From contig NC_135659.1 of the NCBI RefSeq assembly GCF_964188315.1, positions 34,286,001 to 34,350,000 on the forward strand: a stretch of 64,000 nucleotides of DNA, given 5' to 3'. The notes beneath the pieces were generated by a model. It saw only the letters and a list, made by a program, of their open reading frames with translations, was not told the DNA's origin and did not search any database. This DNA comes from Podarcis muralis (taxonomy: Eukaryota). Positions within the stretch are counted from its first letter, which is position 1; the number at the start of each line of letters is the position of its first letter. A program made the position numbers and the translations under genes. Shown one piece after another: positions 24,425 through 39,004 of the stretch.

Positions 24425-24720
24425 CAGGACCACAATACCTTGAGGACCGCTTCTCTCCCTATAAACCTACTCGGACCCTGAGATCATCATCTGAGGCTCT
24501 TCTTCATGTGCCTCCTCCTCAAGGTCCAGAGGGTGGCAACATGAGAACATTTCTTTTCTGCAGTGGTTTCCTCTCTGTGGAATGCTCTTCCAGGGAGGTT
24601 CAGCTGGCATTATTATTATACACCTTTGGGCACCAGGCAAATACATTCCTCTTCAACCAAGTTTTGTTCTTTTTTTTACTATGTATTCTGTGTTTTTTAT
24701 ATTGTGATTTTACGTTGTGA
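24425..24720 (+). mobile_element. L2 LINE 3' end
   Basis: Degenerate L2 ORF2 C-terminus (YLEDRFSPYKPTRTLRSSSEALLHVPP...LWNALP) followed by a T-rich 3' UTR. Confidence 0.8.
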
Positions 24721-24740
24721 GATCTACCAGTGAATGGCAG

Positions 24741-24742
<2 letters not shown>

Positions 24743-24785
<43 letters not shown>
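24743..24785. repeat. (TAA)n microsatellite
   Basis: Direct read. It produces the poly-Ile ORFs in the track. Confidence 0.95.
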
Positions 24786-24786
<1 letters not shown>

Positions 24787-26192
24787 GAAACATGTGACCT
24801 TTTCATGGCTGGCCTTCAGTCTACTGTACAAATACGAGAACTGCCTCTGGCTCTGCTCACTTCTGGTGCCCACAGAAGATTCTTCAGGAGAATGTGGTCC
24901 CTGGCTCTGCGGTTTAGACTGTACTATTTAAGAATGTAGGCAGTGGGGAAAACTAACTGACTGACACACTAACACTCTATTTGCGGGGTGGTATTCAAAC
25001 ATGATATTGCTCGCCTGTGTTTTAAAGTAGTACAATTTGCAGGACAGCACCACATACTATTTTTGACTCTCTGGTTTAGTCAAGGCTAACAATGGTATAC
25101 GGGTATTTATTTCTCAAGGAAACCATGAAGTGTGGCAGATACGGCTGCTCTGCTCTCATTCCAAATAAAACTAAAGTTTTCTGCAGAAACCATCACATAG
25201 ACTTCTGATTAGATACATTATTCAGGACTAACAAAGAGTAAGACTGTGTAAGAAAATCGGGGAGATGAGGAGGCAATTTCTGGCTTAGGCATGTGCTGTG
25301 GAATACTACAACTTCCAGTGCAATTCCCAGCAGGGCTGACTCCACGTCATTATTCTCAGGCAGATTAAATTCAATTCCTTTCAATTTACTGTGTGGGAGC
25401 CTCTTTAGATGGGGAGGGGGGCGGGAGAGAAAAACCCTGTCTGTTCTACTTACGCATAAAAAGACACCACAATGTATCAGTAGGCATGTATGAGCACCGT
25501 TGTTAAGCTTATTATCTATTTCTTTGTAATACGTTTGATTTTATAAGCCCGTTTTGTGACTGACTTCAAGCCTCTCATTATTTTTAGAGGCATTCAATCA
25601 GTCACCATTACAGCAAATTGACTTGATAATTAACAAAAACAAACCCGTATTTCCTAAATGACAACTTGCCTTCATGCAACATTGTTGAAGGGCACCAACA
25701 ATAACTGTGCAGATTTTTAATATTCATTCCACTTTCACTTTTTTTTGAGAGAGAGAGCAATGACAGGTTGGGCAGCGTGGTGGAAATCCCTCATCAGCCA
25801 TGATCTCATTAGACAGCCTCAGGGCAAGCTACTGTCCTGCTGATCCATAGTTCAGCAGGAGAGCAAATGCTCTTCCTGCAAAAAAGGGCGCCTGGTTCAA
25901 GCTCCAGCATATCCATTTAAAAAAGCAAAGCAAAAAGAACAGGTAACAGGTGACTGGAAAACTTCATAGGAGGCTCTGGGCAGCTGCTGCCAGTCACAGG
26001 TGCTTGGGTGGACCCAAACTCTGGTGCTGCAATGAGGCTTCTTATACTTCTATCTCTATATCCCCCACCTGCTATTTGAGGACAATAATGCTGACCCACC
26101 TTACAGGATTGTTGCAAAGCAGCTGCAAATAACTTGGTTCCAATTCCCATGAGTCCCGGTTAACATGGCCAATGATTATGGAGGGTGGGAGT

Positions 26193-26323
26193 TATAGAAC
26201 TGTAAGTTGGAAGCAACCACAGGGATCATCTAGTTCAACCCCCTGCAAATATAGGACTCTTTTGCCCAACGCGAGGCTCAAACCCACAACCCTGAGATTA
26301 AGAGTGTCATGCTCTACCAACTG
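26193..26323 (-). mobile_element. tRNA-Lys(CTT)-headed SINE with CR1-derived tail
   Basis: Minus strand cagttggtagagcatgacactcttaatctcagggttgtgggtttgagcctcgcgttgggc (26264-26323) matches tRNA-Lys-CTT from about nt 13. It is followed by ...gcagggggttgaactagatgatccctgtggttgcttccaact. Confidence 0.85.
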
Positions 26324-26380
26324 GAGGGTTCCCCACATTGCTCTTGTAAAGATAACTGAGGGGCATTTTGAATTCCCTGA

Positions 26381-26734
26381 GGTGGTGGTTCCCAAACTTC
26401 CCTCTGCCCTCTGGACCACTTGAAAATGGCTGAAAGACTTGGTGGACCACTTAATGGCTTTTCTGCCTGTAGTTTAGGAATGTGTTGTCCATGCGCTCTC
26501 TCTTAGTTTCTTCTGCTCTTTCTTGTTGCTTCCTTCATTTCCATGTCTTGATCCTCCACTCCTTTCAAGCGCCAGGCAGTGCTGTTTTCCTGCTCATGAC
26601 TTTCCCACATCTAGCCTTCAGCTGTGGTTTCATTCGTCTCTGAGGAAGGCACAGCACTCCTTATTCCCACCCCATCACTTTTATTAAGCTCATGGACCAT
26701 TGATGGTCCATAGACTGCACTTTGGAAACATCTG
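26381..26734. mobile_element. Old hAT-like element (degenerate)
   Basis: Left end ggtggttcccaaactt...tggaccacttgaa and right end tggtccatagactgcactttggaaacatctg are loosely inverted-complementary. No TSD seen. Confidence 0.4.
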
Positions 26735-26861
26735 CCCCAAGTGTTTATAAAACTGCAAAATGTTATTCTCATAGCTCTGTAAAATCAAAGCAGTAGGAAG
26801 GGCAGGCAACCTATTTTTCATTCATTATTCGTTCCAGAAAAAGGTCTACAATTACAGCAAG

Positions 26862-27050
26862 AAGACTGCGACCTGGGAGACTGAGGTGCAAATTCCCACT
26901 CTGCCATGAAACACTCTAGGTGTGACCTTGGGCAAGTCACTGCTTCTAAGCCTAACCTACCTCACAGGGTTGTTGTGTGGATTAAATGAGGAGGGGGAAA
27001 ACCATGTGTGGCACCTCGATCTCCTAGAAGGATGGGATTTAAATGCATAA
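26862..27050 (+). mobile_element. Old MIR/CORE-type SINE
   Basis: B-box-like ggtgcaaattcccactctgccatgaa, then gtgaccttgggcaagtcac and cctaacctacctcacagggttgttgtg core. Confidence 0.7.
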
Positions 27051-28834
27051 AGTTGGATTTGATGTAGCACCTAGTTTCATTCCCCAAAGAGGTATTAGCT
27101 GTACATAAAACCAGACAACCTGACAACCGTAATTTCAAGTTAAAATGCTGGACCACTTTATCCAGTGAAAATATGTGGTCAGTTCCAGGTACTGAGGGTA
27201 GCTTCTGTATTCTTAGATCTCAGGTTGCCCTTAACACTAAGCCAAACTGGCTAAGTGAGAACAAGCAAACAGCACTGACTCCTGGGGGAGATTTCATCCA
27301 CTTTGCTCCTGCCTGGTTGTCTGCTGCTTTCTCCACATTCTGCCTGAGCCGGAGCTTCCAAACGCTCTTTACAGGCAATACAACCATTGGTCTTGCTATT
27401 ACAAAGGCATGAATGACTCTTGCTAAATCCAAGTTAGTCAGAAAATGGTGCCACTTCCTTGAGAAACAGATTTCATGAAAACCTCAGATTCTAAATCTTA
27501 ATGGTGCCTTAAGCACAGAATCTAAAAACAAAGCCATTTGAAACACCCGAAAGGAAGACTTGTTTTTCAGCACTGAAGAGAATTTAGACGCATCACTTGT
27601 TGCAACCTGTTGCCTGCGAAGAATACTGATGTGTGTGGAGTTCAGGGGTGGGCAGGAAAGACTATACAAAGATGGGGAAAAGAGATCTCTATTATCCTTG
27701 GTACATTAACAAGCCGTCAGTCAGCATGCTACCCACTGAGTTTGAGCTGCGTCTTGTTCTATACTCACATTGCTCCTGGATGGGAGATGCCACTGCTATG
27801 CTAGCAGAATGGCCACCATATCCAATGCGTGCTCAGCCTCAAAGAAAAATACAGCTAGAAAAAAACTACGACATGAAAATCCCTGTGTAAATTCTGCCAG
27901 CACCCACCAATCAGGAACTATGCTGACACTTCCATACAGTTCTACACATGGAGGGAGCTGAAAACCTCAAAAGGAAGGGAACATGACCCCATACCTATCT
28001 ACCCCTATTTTATAGCTCACCCATGGCACATAAGATGACACCACAGCACACGTAGTTCATCAGCAAGCCAGCAACAATTCAGCTAGTACCAGTCTCCAGG
28101 CATCACCACTACAGAAAATTTGAATCCCTCATGCTGCTCTTAAGTACAACACGCAAAGGAGCACTCACACAACACAGCACTCACATCTGCAGATAACTCA
28201 CACAACCATCTAGGGTTCAAAGACCAACCCAGGGAGGAAAATACATTTTCCCCCCACCAAGCAGACAGGTGAAGGGACCAGGAAATTCAATAAGGGGAAC
28301 CGCAAGCTCACAGTGACAGCACCTTCCTCCAGTGGTTCATTGCACAGACCATGGGGCTGGGGCCTTACCATTGAGAAGAAGGGGCCTGCTCACCTTTTGC
28401 ATACCTTAGGGAAGAGTCATGTCAGTGGCAAAAAGGAGGTGAGCTCTTGGGCCTTGAAACCACTGCAAATTCCAAAGCACAATTTCCTAACTATTCAGTT
28501 GCAGCATCAGACAGCAATCAGACATATCATGGGCATTTCTCTCCTTCTTCTCGTACACAGAAACCAGAAACACAGGAATAGTCGGATAAGCCCTGGCCTC
28601 ATGAAACAGCTCGTGTTTTACATGCTGGTGATCTTGGGCTGAAATAGAGAAGACAAACCCCTGGCTCAAATCCAGGGTGTGTTTATATTACTCCCCTCAC
28701 CCTGTACACCTAAGTCAAATCAAAAAGAGAAATACATGGAACAATGGCCTGGATACAGCTTCTGCTAACCAGCCCATGATGGACCATCAGTTCTGGTGGC
28801 CACCAATTTGGAGGACTTTAAATGAGAGCTACAC

Positions 28835-28925
28835 ATAGAATCATAGAAATGTAGAGCTGGAAGGGACCCTGAGGATTATCTAGTCCAACTCCCTGCAAGG
28901 CAGGAATATGCAGCTGCCCCATACA
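28835..28925 (-). mobile_element. 5'-truncated CR1-tailed SINE (Ile-type linker)
   Basis: Minus strand gggcagctgcatattcctgccttgcagggagttggactagataatcctcagggtcccttccagctctac...gattctat. Same linker as the 12917 copy. Confidence 0.8.
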
Positions 28926-31900
28926 CAGTTGTGAACTACACAGGCCTTTAGCCTGATCCATTATCTCCCTGATAGGCCATCCCTGCCAGTAGGTCCAAAT
29001 GCCTATTCACCTCCTTATCCCTTTCCCCACCAATGCCAACTGACTGCCTAAAACAGCCTGGCAAAAGTACTCGTTTCACTTGTGCAGCCTGAAAGGCTTG
29101 ACACCCAGCGTTCGAAATTCTCCAGGTGCCAGGCTCACTTTGCACCTGGCTATTAGCCACTTGTCACCAAGTGAAGACGTCCGGGTACTAAGATGGTGCC
29201 TGACGTTTCCACCGTCTGCAGGTACATGCCTGGAGATCCTTGGATCAGGACTATTTTCACACACTAGCAACACATCCTGTAGAATTCTATCAGTTATATT
29301 TTATCTGCACAATCAGAATGAATTTTAGGAATCAAAAAATTCTGTATTGAAAAAATATGACTTTTGAGCTGTCTGGCCCCAAATGGCAACTAGGCATTCT
29401 GTTTTGGAGACTGTAACCCTGGTTTAAGGAGAGGTTTGGTGCCTGGCTTATATATCTGAGTTTCTAACACTGCTGACACCACATGGTACTATAGGGTACC
29501 CTAATGAGTGCCGAGAAAGGCAGAGCCACTGTCCATGACCCTCTCATTCCCCCTGTCTACCTGCTTCAGCATCCCATCCTGAAAAGGGGTGGTGGTGGTG
29601 AAGGTAGGAGAAAGGGACCCCCATCCACCGCTCCCTGTTACTGAAGTCACACTTCACAGCAGCATGTCTGTTGTAGAGGATCACACCCTAAAAACTACAC
29701 GGCAATCAAATGTCAGGGCTTAATTTGTTGTAGTTTCTTGAGCAGCAGCAATTCTGGGCAGTCGCAAGCGCCGTCATCAAAACAGCACTGGGACAATCGG
29801 AATTTGGGAAGGGGCAGACGTATGGAAATCCCTCTCCCTAATTAAATCACAGAACGAGGGTTTGAAGTGGTAAATAATAAATCACAAAGAATCTGCAATC
29901 TGGTTGTCAAGGAAACTGGCATGCCTTTGCCATAATTGCTGTGAGCCCCATCTTGCCCTTTCTGACACCAAGCCTTATCAAGCATTCTGGTCAGAGAATG
30001 AGAAAGTTGCTTTTCTGTTCCTCTCAGGCAGCCATGTAACATGCATTGAGCTTGACTGAACAAGGCCATGCTACCACACACAAATGTTGCATTCAACAAC
30101 ATCCCTTTCTCTTTCTTTCTTTCTTTCTCTCTGTCTCTCTCAACTACCCCCCAGTCCATAGACAGTAATTAACTACTAAGCTCTACTATATTCGTAGCAA
30201 CCCTGAGATTAGAAATGGCACTAGACTGTTTGACGGTGCTTTGAAAGGCCTCAACAGCTGTGTTTACTAGAAAGGTTTCCTCCATTTATTGTTGCTGCTG
30301 GGGGAGGGGAGGAATCATTCCAAGTATTTGAGGCCTGTTGCTAGACATGGGTTATCTCTGGAGGCTTTTCTTCTTCTTTCTGAACCAAGAAATAAATGGT
30401 AACAAGCAATAACAGCTTCCGTGCAGCTCATGAACCGGTGGTACTTAAAAGCGAAAAACAATGCAGAGAATGAGACATAAAGATTTTAATAAAGCAAGGC
30501 AGTGTGTGAAAATAGATACGAACCATGTGCCATTTACCAACCCCCATCCCCCCTCCTTTTCAAGTAGAAATATTATTATTTTTTCAATGTTAAATAAATT
30601 ATATTACATGGAAGCGACTAGTATCACGTTCAGTACAGCATGTGCCTATGAAGGTAAATTTAGGGTCAAATGACATATTGTGGGGGAGAACTTGTAGATA
30701 CCCGGGTGTTGTATTCATGGAGGGGTGCAAGTGGGAAGAGAAGGGATAAACTTCCCCATGTGTAGTGATCCCAGCAAGAATCTTTCTACCCCGCGGCTGT
30801 AATTAATTGAAGAAAAACAAGAAAGACATAGCTGATGCTACATATTTAGCATGGCGTGTAGTTTGATTGTGAATTTAGAGCCAAATACTTACAGAAGTCA
30901 AAAGATGCCTAAGGAGGTTCTGAAGAAGAAAACAAACTTATCAAAGCCTTGCAAAGTCCTGGACAGAAGCACAAGTGGGCTTGTATTCATTTTCTGTAAT
31001 TACAATTATTCATGTTCCTTCGATCTTCCCGCTGTTACCAACACCTTATCATCTCTTTTACCAGGTGGGAAGAAACTAACTGTGGCATTTGTGGGATGAT
31101 TACATACATGTGAATGGACGTATGCAGCACCTCTACTTTTCCTCTTTCCATTTTCTTGCCTTATCTGAAACACACTCTGTATAGCTCCAAAAGTTTCCTT
31201 TCTGTACCTAGCTTTCATAATATTAACATCTTGCTCCTATAGGCTACCTGTACAAGCACATAAGTTTACAATATTATATGGTATTAGGGTCCTTGCAATA
31301 GCATAAAGGTTTAACTGGTTTCTAATATTTGGCTCCAGCACTGGTCCAGAGACCATGTCTCCCCAGGGTTTTGCCTTGAACAGTGGTGATGACAGAGCAT
31401 TAGAGGTTAGCTGTGATCATAGACCAATTCATCTCATATATTTCATTCTTTGTTTTCACCAACCATCAGAAGTGAGGGTTGATAACTAGGCAGCCCCAAG
31501 CCTATTTGGCAAACAGTATGCTTAAAACACTGTGTGTGTTATTTGTACTTCTGCATATTCTTAGCACTCACCAACCTCTCAAAATGGGAGGCAGAGCCAG
31601 TTAACTAGGAGAGGCACAAAATCACTTCTTCTGGTGTATGATAGACCAAGAAGTACAGCACTAGCTCCCTCCAAACAGAACTATTGCATTTGCTTACTGT
31701 CAAAAGCTGGGAGGAGGGTCAACAGGGCAAAATCCTCACTTTGGTCCTACCTCCCATCCTTTGCTAACCCATACAGACACATGCCAGCTTGTCCTTCCTC
31801 CAGATGAGGCTGAAACTAGATTGCTGTTGTTGAAAATGAAATCATGTATTTCAACTGGTAAAGACCCATTCTGCAAAGTCTGAAACACCTGGCATCCAAG

Positions 31901-33600
31901 CAACACTGAGCTGGAGACATTTGGAAATGTTGGGTGGGATCATTTGACCATGGGTTGCTTTGACATTTTGGAGACTTCTATAATTAGTGTGTCAGTTCCA
32001 ATGTCTGGGCAAATAACTCCACCATGGGTGACAAGATTGGTGAGCCTGTAGTATCATGGAAATGTGATACAGTCAGTTTATGCTGTTGTTGCTTTTAGAT
32101 ACCTCAACAAGCACATACAATCACCTGGCAGGTGCATGCACATGCAATAGCTACAAACCAACTGTTACTAGCTATGGCAATATCAAATGTTCCAAATGCT
32201 CAAGGAGCTGTATCTGTTGAAGAGCCAATTCCAGCACATTAATGGCATGGAACATGAAATCACAGTTATGGCATGTGGCAGAATGGGAAAATTACTTAAA
32301 TTACTTCCGTTCCTCCATTTATTTATTTAATACCAGACCCTCCTGTGCTCTCTCCTCTACATGTCTCCACCATCAGAACACAATCAAATCTAAATACCTT
32401 CTTCACAAAGCACATCTGCTGCAGCATATTTACAAAGGAAATGGAAGTACAGGAGGAAACAGCAGCAGCCACACCTTCTGGTTAAAAGCACCATGCATAA
32501 TTATGAATAATTTCAACAATGAGTTACTTCTGTCATCAGATTCACCAACAAACGGCTGTTGTTGGTAGCTTATACAAAAAGTATGATGATCAAATAATGC
32601 AGAACGGGAGTGTTCTCAGAAAAATGCTTCATCCTACCTCTGGGTTACAAGTGCATAGCACTCTTTCTGTGATAGTTGCCTCCTGTAGACATATTGTGCT
32701 GCATATTTAAATACCAGATATAGGCACAAATTGTGTTCTTCTAAGAACATTTGTCTGGAAATTTGCAATGACATTCACATTCCTTTTGTATCTCCAGTCG
32801 CCCTTTAGAAAACTCAAACCCAGGAGACGATTCAACTTTCCAAATCGATTTATTATTTCCTCTCTTCCAAGGCTTCACATTCCATAAGCACCACACCAGG
32901 CACCATCTGATTGGTTTTCCTAGGCACACAACATGCCACAAGGAGAGTTCAAAATTATCTGTGCCTGCACTTCCATAATCCACTGTGAAAAAAGTACCTC
33001 AGACACTCCTGACAGTAGGAAGCTCTGCCAACCTGATACTTCTTAATCTGTACTGTTTTCCAGGTGGTCAATTTGATTTGTCAATGCTTTAAAATCTTTA
33101 GCGTATCATCTGTTAGAATAGCACTGAATCCATCAATCATAGTCTCCAGGCCTTCAGCTTTTCTCTTTCCCTCCTGCAATCTTGAACAGGGGCTTTCAAA
33201 CTTTCTATCCATTTTAACACTTGAGCTTAAATTGCATCTAACCATTTACTAATATTCGCTGAGCTTTGGTAGACCATTGCTAGCATATACAGTAAGATGA
33301 ACCCATCTCTCTTGATAGCATGATATCAAAAGCAGGTGGGACTATCTCAGAGATAGAGGACATAAAGGAAGACTTATCTGTGGTTTTGTAGAAATATGCA
33401 CACTACCACCAACACTTCAAGCTTTCACACACAAAAAATTCAAAATAATATGTTGAAGCAGAAATTTACAACTTCAATTTTTGACAAAGCTTCCACTAAA
33501 CAAAAAAAACACCACACAAATTCCACAGGAACATAAACTATTAATAACAAAGCATTAAAAATATTATATCAACTTTAATGACACCTACCCAATGGAAATA

Positions 33601-33966
33601 GGGACGTGGGTGGCGCTGTGGGTAAAAGCCTCAGCGCCTAGGGCTTGCCGATCGGAAGGTCGGCGGTTCGAATCCCCGTGGCGGGGTGCGCTCCCGCTGC
33701 TCGGTCCCAGCGCCTGCCAACCTAGCAGTTCGAAAGCACCCCCGGGTGCAAGTAGATAAATAGGGACCGCTTTATAGCGGGAAGGTAAACGGCGTTTCCG
33801 TGTGCGGCTCTGGCTCGCCAGAGCAGCTTTGTCACGCTAGCCACGTGACCCGGAAGTGTCTCTGGACAGCGCTGGCCCATGGCCTCTTGAGTGAGATGGG
33901 CGCACAACCCCAGAGTCTGTCAAGACTGGCCCGTACAGGCAGGGGTACCTTTACCTTTACCTTTAC
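33601..33966 (+). mobile_element. Sauria SINE (Squam1), young full-length copy
   Basis: gggacgtgggtggcgctgtggg head, ggttcgaatccc B-box, (ACCTTT)n tail. TSD tacccaatggaaat at 33586-33599 and 33964-33977. CpG-rich. Confidence 0.93.
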
Positions 33967-35418
33967 CCAATGGAAATGTTCCTTTTAATAATTGCAGAAA
34001 CATAAAATATCTTGATTTTTCCCAAAGTAATCTCTCAGTCAAGATGAGAATGGTCCAAGAAAATAAACTGTTTTTCCCCATTACGTTTTTTTTAAAAAAC
34101 ACATTATCTTCTCCCCTGTATTTTCATAAATACATACTAAGTTACAAGGATGCTTTCTGCAATGTATGGTTTGGAAAACAGAACCTTGTAAATTTTAACT
34201 AGAAACTGCTGATAGCATGGTGCACATGCCTTTTTGAGAAAAGAATTGTATTCATTGTGTAGAAAACATCTGAGGCCCTATTTATTTAAAAATTCCCCAT
34301 TATTCCATGTACTTCAGCTTTTAACCTTTTATATGACACTGAATTATTTTATAATACTAAAATACTTAAAAACAGAAACCAACAGCAACCTGTTAAGGGG
34401 GAAGGGACACATTCTAAAGTCTCTCTCTGGCCCTATGGTAATTTAATTTCTTTTTCAAGACAAACCAGTTGGAAAGTGACCATCTGCTAGTGGGCAAGTA
34501 GTATTCAAGCAAAATAATGAACAAAATATCCTCCATTTCCAGGCGGGGAAGGCTCATAAACTGAAAGGAATTCATGAAACAAAACATACGAGGTTAACAG
34601 ATTTATTTGCCACAAAATTAAGTCTCAATTTCTTTGATTATTGTTACATCCACTGGTTGGAAAGAAGATGAAACATAAATGTTCTCTTGCTGGACATCAT
34701 GCACCACATAAAACAACACAAGTAATTGGACCCTTTAGTTGAACAAAAGTTAGAAAAGGGTAATTCAGCTTCATTTGCACTGCTCAGTCTTGTACAAGTA
34801 ATTGTTGGCTGAGAAATTACACAGTTTTGTTCCCCAGAATGAAGTTATTTTTCCAACTGTCTACCTTACAGACATTTAGTGAGTCTCAAGCTAAAGAAGA
34901 ATTAGAGAAAAGCATTACCATACGAAACGTTACAGTTAAAAAATAAATAAATTGTGAGGGCAATGGGAGAGATTGATCACAACCAACTTAAAACGCAGAT
35001 AATATATGAAAAGTGAATCAATTTATTTCATTAATATGGTTGCTTGCTCGTGACAGTATGCTAGAACCTAAAACTATAGAGGCTGCGGTTCAAACCTTTA
35101 TCATGCCCAGTACTCTGTTTTTAAGGAGCATTTACAATTAAGCAGATGGAAGGGGTGAACGATTCCAGTCCATTTATGCCTGTTCAGTCATGCAGTTGAC
35201 TGGGTTAACCTGGGCAAAGAGGATAACAAACGAAATACAATTTGCATGCTGTGCTACTCTATATACTTAAAATAGCATACAGTAATAACAATTAACAGAC
35301 AGTCAAGTTGCAACACCCTCAGCTACAAATTAACCCGTTTCATCCAGATTATGAAGTCTGTTTGAAGTCACACACAGGGAACTAAGCAACCTGCCCTAGT
35401 CGCAACAAACACTACATA

Positions 35419-35554
35419 CAGTGCTGTTTTTCTAGAAAAAAAGGTGCCGGAACTCACCATGAACGCCTTCCTCATTCTCTTATAATGGCAATGGCGCCCA
35501 CCTGAGATGTGCCAGAACTGAGTTTCCACAAGTTCCGGCTGAAAAAAACCCCTG
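35419..35554. mobile_element. hAT-type MITE
   Basis: Termini cagtgctgtttttctag and gctgaaaaaaacccctg, internal ggtgccggaactc repeats. 8-bp TSD actacata / actatata. Confidence 0.85.
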
Positions 35555-38500
35555 ACTATATAAGAGAATTTGGAGTTACAGATTTGTAAAATTAAAACTC
35601 TTCTTCCTTGGGAAGAATAAGCATTCCAGATTACACCTTGAAGGATTTGTCCGAACAAACAGAAACAGTATTTTTTGACCCTATATTGTAAGTAAAATAA
35701 GCAATCCCTGAAGTATGTGCTATTTGGCACTACAGTAAAAAATTCCTCGCCAGTCATGATGCAACATAAAGGCAACTCAACGACAACTTCTACAGATGCA
35801 GTCCAACTGAAGTCAATGGAACTGTGCCACTGGAAGTGATTACTGAATCACCCCCATAAGTCTAATAACTAGGCTTCTTTTATTCATGAAATGATGTTAG
35901 GGTTTTTAGATGCCACTGCATCTTGCTGATTAACCATTAATGAAATGATGCACACATCCAGGTGTCTAATAAGTGCATGGATGTCGTGGCTTTCCCCTTC
36001 CTCCTTTTAAAACTATATTTCATAACAGCAATAAGGCACTTTCTACCATGTATTTCTCAGGGAATATAGCTCTTCTGGGACTGATAAAGTCACTCTGCCT
36101 TCATTCAGCCTTGTAACGCTGCGTGAAGTGCCATAAATGCTGGGATATGCAATGCTTGCTATGTGTCTTCTTACACATTGTTTCTTCCCAAGCAAACTGC
36201 TCTTATTCTTTCATTTAAAACAAAAAAACAAAACTATAAATGCTGCTTAAAGGGGCAACCATAGAGTTCAGGAGTTTCAAACAAACTCATAATTTAAGCA
36301 ATGGTCTTAACTCAAATAAAATGTCCTGTGTATGCTGAATTAGGAAGCTCTTTGGGAACGGAATTGAACATGTTGGTCTCAGTTTGCTTCAATATATTCC
36401 ATTTCTTTTTTGCCATAAGAAACATACTGTGTGAAGTAACAACAGTAAGAATGCCATTTGGATGCAAGGACTTACAGAATTCATTCCTTGACAATCATCT
36501 TTGCTACCTCCAAAGTTCAATGAGTTGGGGAAGAGCGATGTTAACACAAAGTCAAAACCTGGACATGTTTTACTCTCGTTCATTCATACCCCCTACATTG
36601 TTTTTGTATCCCACCTGTTTTCTGGGTGGTTTTCGTATGTGAGACACAATGCAGGAATGATGTTTCATGAAGCATACATGGACACATACATGTTTCTAGA
36701 AAACTGTGCTTAAGGGGTCACAGTGGTGGAAAAGAACAAACGTCCTAAATCTTTCCAATGGTAAGAATCCTTTATGTGCCTCAGCCTCTGTATAAGCTGC
36801 ATAATGGGTTTTCCTAGAACGAGGTTTTCCAAGATCGAAACCAAATAAAATATCAGTGAGACTGAACTGTGTCTTGGCTGGGAATGGTAGTATGCCATGG
36901 TAGGCCAGGTTACCTACTTGCAGCACCAGAAAACAATTGCATTACAATGATTCTATTGCGTTAAATTTTATTTAATCAATAAAATGAATAAATAAAAGTG
37001 ATTCTACTGGGCATTAACTAATTTTCGCATTAAAATAATATCTGTATGCTATGCACCTATGATAATTTAAATGGACGCCGGATACACAGGATTTGTGTGA
37101 GCATTTTGAAAGGCTCTAGTGTAAACATTTGGGCCAGCCCCACATTTCCACCAAAGGTGCCACAATAACTATTGGGGAGCTGTTCACTGTGTGCCTGTCA
37201 CACTCCGTTAATGCAACTTTGATTTGCCTTTGTTCTGACAGTAGCAAACAGCTGCTTGTAAATGAGCCACTGTCCCTGGGCTGCCTCCCATTACTCCCTG
37301 CTTTTGTTTGACAAGGTCACTTGCTGAGGGGATTTTGGGGAGAAAGAGTGTGCAGCCTATAGAATCAGAGTTAAACCACAGGCAACTCAGTATGAATGCT
37401 CTTATTTTTTCCCCATTGCACCAGCAAAGCAAGAATAACAAAGAGAAAATCTTTTGCCTCTGCGAGCAAGTCAACCCAGTTGTTTTTTTCCTCTAGAATT
37501 GATTTCATAATCCTAACACTATCTTATAAAAAGCAAGTCATGTTTTCATAAATCCCCCTTCAATTCAAATCTGTATGAAAGTTATATAAAAGATGGATTT
37601 AATTACAAAACAGGATTAACCAAACCAGATTAATATTATATTATTCATTTGGCTGCCACAATACAACATGAGACAATGTGACTCTATCTAATGGTAACTA
37701 TAACAAACAGTGTGTTGAGATACAATTGGGAAAGGCTACAGTGTTTCTGCTAGAATATTTATCTTTTATACAGGGCCAACGTTGGTCAGGGAAGGGGGAA
37801 AAGAGACCTCCAGTAAGAAGAAGAGTCTCATAAGCAAAATATTATTATACTAGCTGTTCTTTTAATGGATTCCAGACATTTCATGGGACTTGGGAGATAT
37901 GGACTTTTGGAGTTAGTTGTTTAGAAAAGCAGGTCTCCTGCATAAGCCACTAAAAATGCAATGTTATAAAACTGCTCCCCAATTAGGGCCTCCTTCTCCC
38001 CACAGTTTGACCTTATGATCTCAAGAACAACAAAAAATGAATGGGCATTAAGGTACTGCATCTCTTTGTTCCAATTGTTGCTATTGAAGCCAGGCACAAA
38101 GCCAAGAAGGAATGGCAGATATTCAAAGCAATGGCAGATATGATAGTAAGAGACACCCTGTGGCATTTGCCTGAATGCTTTGAGAGTGGATGCAAAACAG
38201 GAGAAAAGGGAAGGGCTACTTTAAGCATTCTTTCAATTTCTTCACAGGCCACTCAGAACAATGTAAAGGTTTCCCTCTGTCACTACCGGTCTAATTTCAG
38301 AGAACATCCATGATTATTCCATTCTGTATCTCATCAATTTGCAGAATATTTTTGCTCTTTGTGGTATTGACCATTTGCATGAAAGCCAATTATCTGTTGA
38401 AGCAACATGGAAAAGCAAAGCAAAGTATGTAGACTACGGTTTGCAAAAAGAAGGGCGAAACCTGCTGTTTCTGCACAAAAAAGCAGTAACTTTCCTTTTA

Positions 38501-39004
38501 TGTTTAGCTAGTCTGCCATCTTTAAGGAAGCCTAATGATGCTTTTAGCAGAATGCAACACAAAGAGAAGAACAATGTAAAACTTTTTGCAATCTCTCTGC
38601 CATGAAAGATTTCTTGAAATCTGAAAAACGAAATTCTATTGTTTACATGACCTTTAAGCCTCCTTTCCTTTTTTTAACAAATCTATTTCTCTTGTAGCAT
38701 GTGAGTTTGTGTGCTTGTGTGTTTCCAGTGCTTGAGGGGGCTGGAAAACGTCTGCCTGCAAAAAATTAGCATCAAAGATAGGAAAGAGTTCCTCCTCGCA
38801 CTTGGCTGTTCTTGTTATTTGCTGCTGTGGTTACTATTTTTGAAGATTTAGAGGTGCGACCAATATGCATGCAAGTCAATCGAGCAGAAGTCTTCTGCAT
38901 GTAATCCAATGTAAGATCAAAAGAGGAGTATTGCCAGATCAGACCAAAGACCCATCTAGTCTGGCATCGATTTCTCGTAGTGGGCAACCAGATGCCTAGA
39001 CTCG

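Noticed and set aside
24600-24939. Poly-Ile ORFs
   Set aside because: Translation of the (TAA)n microsatellite.
26264-26323. Possible tRNA-Lys gene (also tRNA-Asn at 49460 and tRNA-Ile at 12917)
   Set aside because: The acceptor stem 5' strand is missing, the T-loop TTCG has decayed to TTTG, there is no terminator, and each is fused to a CR1 tail. They are SINE heads.
31861-31880. TGC AGA ATG (C-R-M) match to the ADGRL2 signal-peptide exon
   Set aside because: The surrounding codons do not match MVSSG...RSLWF and there is no phase-1 donor.
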